From contig CAZOGI010000010.1 in NCBI GenBank assembly GCA_964579435.1, positions 23,583 to 87,582 on the forward strand: DNA of 64,000 nt. The letters run 5' to 3'. Source of the DNA: an uncultured Planctomycetales bacterium. Lineage in GTDB: Bacteria; Omnitrophota; Gorgyraeia; Gygaellales; Profunditerraquicolaceae. Both the position numbers and the translations under genes were made by a program. The notes under the pieces were generated by a model that was not told where the DNA came from, made no database searches, and saw only the letters and a list, made by a program, of their open reading frames with translations. Below, one piece after another: positions 61,915 through 64,000 of this stretch. Within the stretch, counting starts at the first letter, position 1. Every line of letters starts with the position of its first letter.

Positions 61915-63846
61915 ATGCCGCAATACGATTTCAACCTTCGCGATTATTTCCGGATCTTCCGCAAACGCAAGCTCGTCATCATCCTGACCTTTCTTCTGGT
62001 TTGTGCCGTCAGCTATGCCTTTCTTTCCACCCAGCCGACCGTCTATCAGGCCGATTGCACCGTCAAGATCGAAGAGCGCAAGACCATCGCCGGGCTCCTG
62101 ACCGAATGGATCATGTACAATCCGGGCGATGTCATGGAATCCCAGACCAAGATCATCCGGGGGTTCCCGATCATGCGCCAGGTCGCCCTGCGCCTGAAGC
62201 TCATCGACCAGAACAGCTCGGAGGATCAGATAAACGAAGCGGTGAACCGGCTCCAGGACCAGGTCGAGACCGAGCGTATCGAGTCGACCAACATGATCAA
62301 GATCAAGACCTCTTCCGCATCGCCCGACGAAGCGATGAACCTGGCCAATACCGTCGCCGAGGTCTATATAGAAGAGAACCTCACCGAAAAAGCCAAACAG
62401 GCACGCCACGTGCGCCAGTTCATCCAGGACCAGCTCTCGGGGCTTGACTCCCGACTCAAGGAATCAGAAGAGAAACTCAAGGAATTCGGGACCGGTACCG
62501 ACGTCAAATTTGCCGCGCCCATCGAACAGAAACTCATCGAGCTGGAATTCCAGCGCGCGGAACTCCTGCAGAAATACACCGAAAAACACCCTCTGGTCAT
62601 CCAGATCCGCGAACAGATCAAAGAGCTCCAGCAACGGGTCAGCGATTACAGCGGCCAGGAGCTGGAGTACGCGCGGCTGACCCGGGAGATCGATGTCAAT
62701 AAGAAGCTCTACGCCATACTCAAGGAAAAGCTCGAAGAGGCGCGCATAACCGAGGCACAGAAGGTCGGCGACATCTCGATCGTCAACCCGGCCTTTTTGC
62801 CGACGACGCCGCTTTCCGGGAACAAACAACTCAAATTTCTCATCGGCGCCTTCCTCGGGCTCCTGCTGGGACTGACCTTCGCCTTCGTGACCGAAACCCT
62901 GGACACCTCCATCGCCACGATCGAGGACGTCGAATCGGTGATCAAGCTGCCGGTCCTGGGGGTCGTGCCTTCCTTCGAATCCGCGGCCCAGGAAGACCGC
63001 AGCATGCTCGACGAAATAAAAGAGCTCTTCCGGGGGAAAAAACGCACGCCGAGCGAAGAAGCCGCGATCCGGCTCATCGCGCACTATAAGCCGCAGTCGC
63101 CGATAACCGAGGCCTACCGCAACATCCATACCAACCTGAAACTGGACCAGAGCAAGAAGACGATCCTCATCACCAGTTCCAACCCGCAGGAAGGCAAGAG
63201 CAGCGTCGTCTGCAACCTGGCCATCGTCATGTCGCAGCTGGGGCTTAAAACCCTGATCATCTCCTCAGACCTGCGCCGTCCCGTGCTCTCCAAAACCTTC
63301 GGGATCCCGCGCGAACCGGGGCTCAGCGAGCTTGCCATGGGTACGGCGACCCTGGACCAGGCCCTCTACAGCATCACCGACATCCTGCTGGGGACCCTCA
63401 AGATCGAAGACATCCAAAAGACCCGCGGCATCGACAATATCTGGATCATCCCCTCGGGGAGCATGGTCACCAACCCCGTGGAGATCATCGAATCCGCCAA
63501 GCTGCAGGAGATCGTCGAGGCCGCCAAGAAACGTTTCGATTTCATCATCTTCGATTCCCCGCCGGTCCTTCCCGTCACCGACGCCAGCCTCCTGGCGCCG
63601 AAAATGGATTGCGTCATCATCGTCTACGAGATCGGCCGCACCAGCCGTGAAGCGCTCCTGCGCACCAAGATCCAGCTGGAAACCGTCGGCGCGCGTATAA
63701 CCGGGATCGTGCTCAACCATACCAAGCCCCAGACCGAAGCCCTGGCGACCTATCCCTACAATTACCGGTACAAATACCGCTACTATGACGAAGAGCACCA
63801 GAAGAAGCAGGGAGGGTTTTTCAAAAAGGCGCGCAAGAGAAGCTAA
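61915..63846 (+). CDS. polysaccharide co-polymerase (Wzz domain) fused to BY-kinase tyrosine autokinase
   Basis: 643 aa. N-terminal TM + coiled-coil Wzz region. Walker A SSNPQEGKSS, A-prime ISSDLRRP, Walker B IIFDSPPV. C-terminal Tyr cluster YPYNYRYKYRYYDEE. Confidence 0.9.
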   Translation: MPQYDFNLRDYFRIFRKRKLVIILTFLLVCAVSYAFLSTQPTVYQADCTVKIEERKTIAGLLTEWIMYNPGDVMESQTKIIRGFPIMRQVALRLKLIDQNSSEDQINEAVNRLQDQVETERIESTNMIKIKTSSASPDEAMNLANTVAEVYIEENLTEKAKQARHVRQFIQDQLSGLDSRLKESEEKLKEFGTGTDVKFAAPIEQKLIELEFQRAELLQKYTEKHPLVIQIREQIKELQQRVSDYSGQELEYARLTREIDVNKKLYAILKEKLEEARITEAQKVGDISIVNPAFLPTTPLSGNKQLKFLIGAFLGLLLGLTFAFVTETLDTSIATIEDVESVIKLPVLGVVPSFESAAQEDRSMLDEIKELFRGKKRTPSEEAAIRLIAHYKPQSPITEAYRNIHTNLKLDQSKKTILITSSNPQEGKSSVVCNLAIVMSQLGLKTLIISSDLRRPVLSKTFGIPREPGLSELAMGTATLDQALYSITDILLGTLKIEDIQKTRGIDNIWIIPSGSMVTNPVEIIESAKLQEIVEAAKKRFDFIIFDSPPVLPVTDASLLAPKMDCVIIVYEIGRTSREALLRTKIQLETVGARITGIVLNHTKPQTEALATYPYNYRYKYRYYDEEHQKKQGGFFKKARKRS

Positions 63847-63852
63847 GAACGC

Positions 63853-64000
63853 ATGTCCGGCATGAACTCGTTTTGCACCCCAGGGCCACAGCGCCTTTTT
63901 TTTTCGCCCCGCGATGCTTTTGCGCAAAAGAGAGCGCAGGCAAGCCTTGCCCTCGTTTTTTCCCTCATCGCCCTCGCGCTCATCCTGCCGGTCGGCCTCC
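63853..64000 (+). CDS. 5-prime fragment of a downstream ORF (truncated by the window edge)
   Basis: ATG 63853 is open to the window end (49 codons). MSGMNSFCTPGPQRLFFSPRDAF...LVFSLIALALILPVGL suggests an N-terminal TM helix. Function unknown. Confidence 0.3.
   Translation, partial: MSGMNSFCTPGPQRLFFSPRDAFAQKRAQASLALVFSLIALALILPVGL

Noticed and set aside
1-64000. Mobile elements, prophage, tRNA/rRNA, toxin-antitoxin or defence-system genes
   Set aside because: No integrase, transposase or recombinase motifs were seen, no inverted terminal repeats flank a cargo, and no tRNA-like cloverleaf regions stand out. The only compositional break is the short AT-rich intergenic region at 49705-49950.

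Overview
GC-rich bacterial chromosomal segment with strong GC3 bias, filled almost end to end with cell-envelope glycan genes. I support about 50 CDS and saw no rRNA, tRNA, CRISPR array, transposase or integrase. Layout: (1) a + strand array, 40-34717, encodes nucleotide-sugar synthesis and tailoring (RfbF, five extended-SDR epimerase/dehydratases, two RmlD-like reductases, a cupin epimerase, an aminotransferase, acyl/acetyltransferases, a deacetylase, a methyltransferase, an AsnB-type amidotransferase). It also carries GT2 and GT4 transferases, a WecA-type initiating transferase and a Wzy_C-type ligase/polymerase. (2) A - strand block, 34685-41757, holds two TPR-bearing GT-C enzymes, a GT2 + DUF2304 pair and a lipoprotein. 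(3) A + strand block, 41869-64000, holds three tandem B12-binding radical SAM paralogues, two GT2 genes, a third TPR GT-C enzyme, a 2657-aa secreted FG-GAP/peptidase-C25 protein and a Wzz/BY-kinase co-polymerase. Genes are very tightly packed, with at least 17 ATGA start/stop overlaps. Many six-frame ORFs in the track are antisense or out-of-frame artefacts of the GC bias, and several track ORFs needed N-terminal trimming. The best candidate for a novel system is a translationally coupled RiPP-like cassette at 57921-61824, directly behind the giant gene. It encodes an HprK-like kinase, a PqqD-type recognition protein, a radical SAM/SPASM maturase, a 53-aa Cys-containing ORF that is missing from the supplied track (60033-60194), and a SipW/Sec11-type peptidase domain fused to an NTP_transf_5 nucleotidyltransferase, in which Cys replaces the nucleophile Ser. 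Other notable signals are three GT2/GT-C two-step glycosylation modules, dispersed heptanucleotide tandem repeats that sit on stop codons, an inverted heptamer-array hairpin, and leaderless-type promoters in front of three operon-leading genes.
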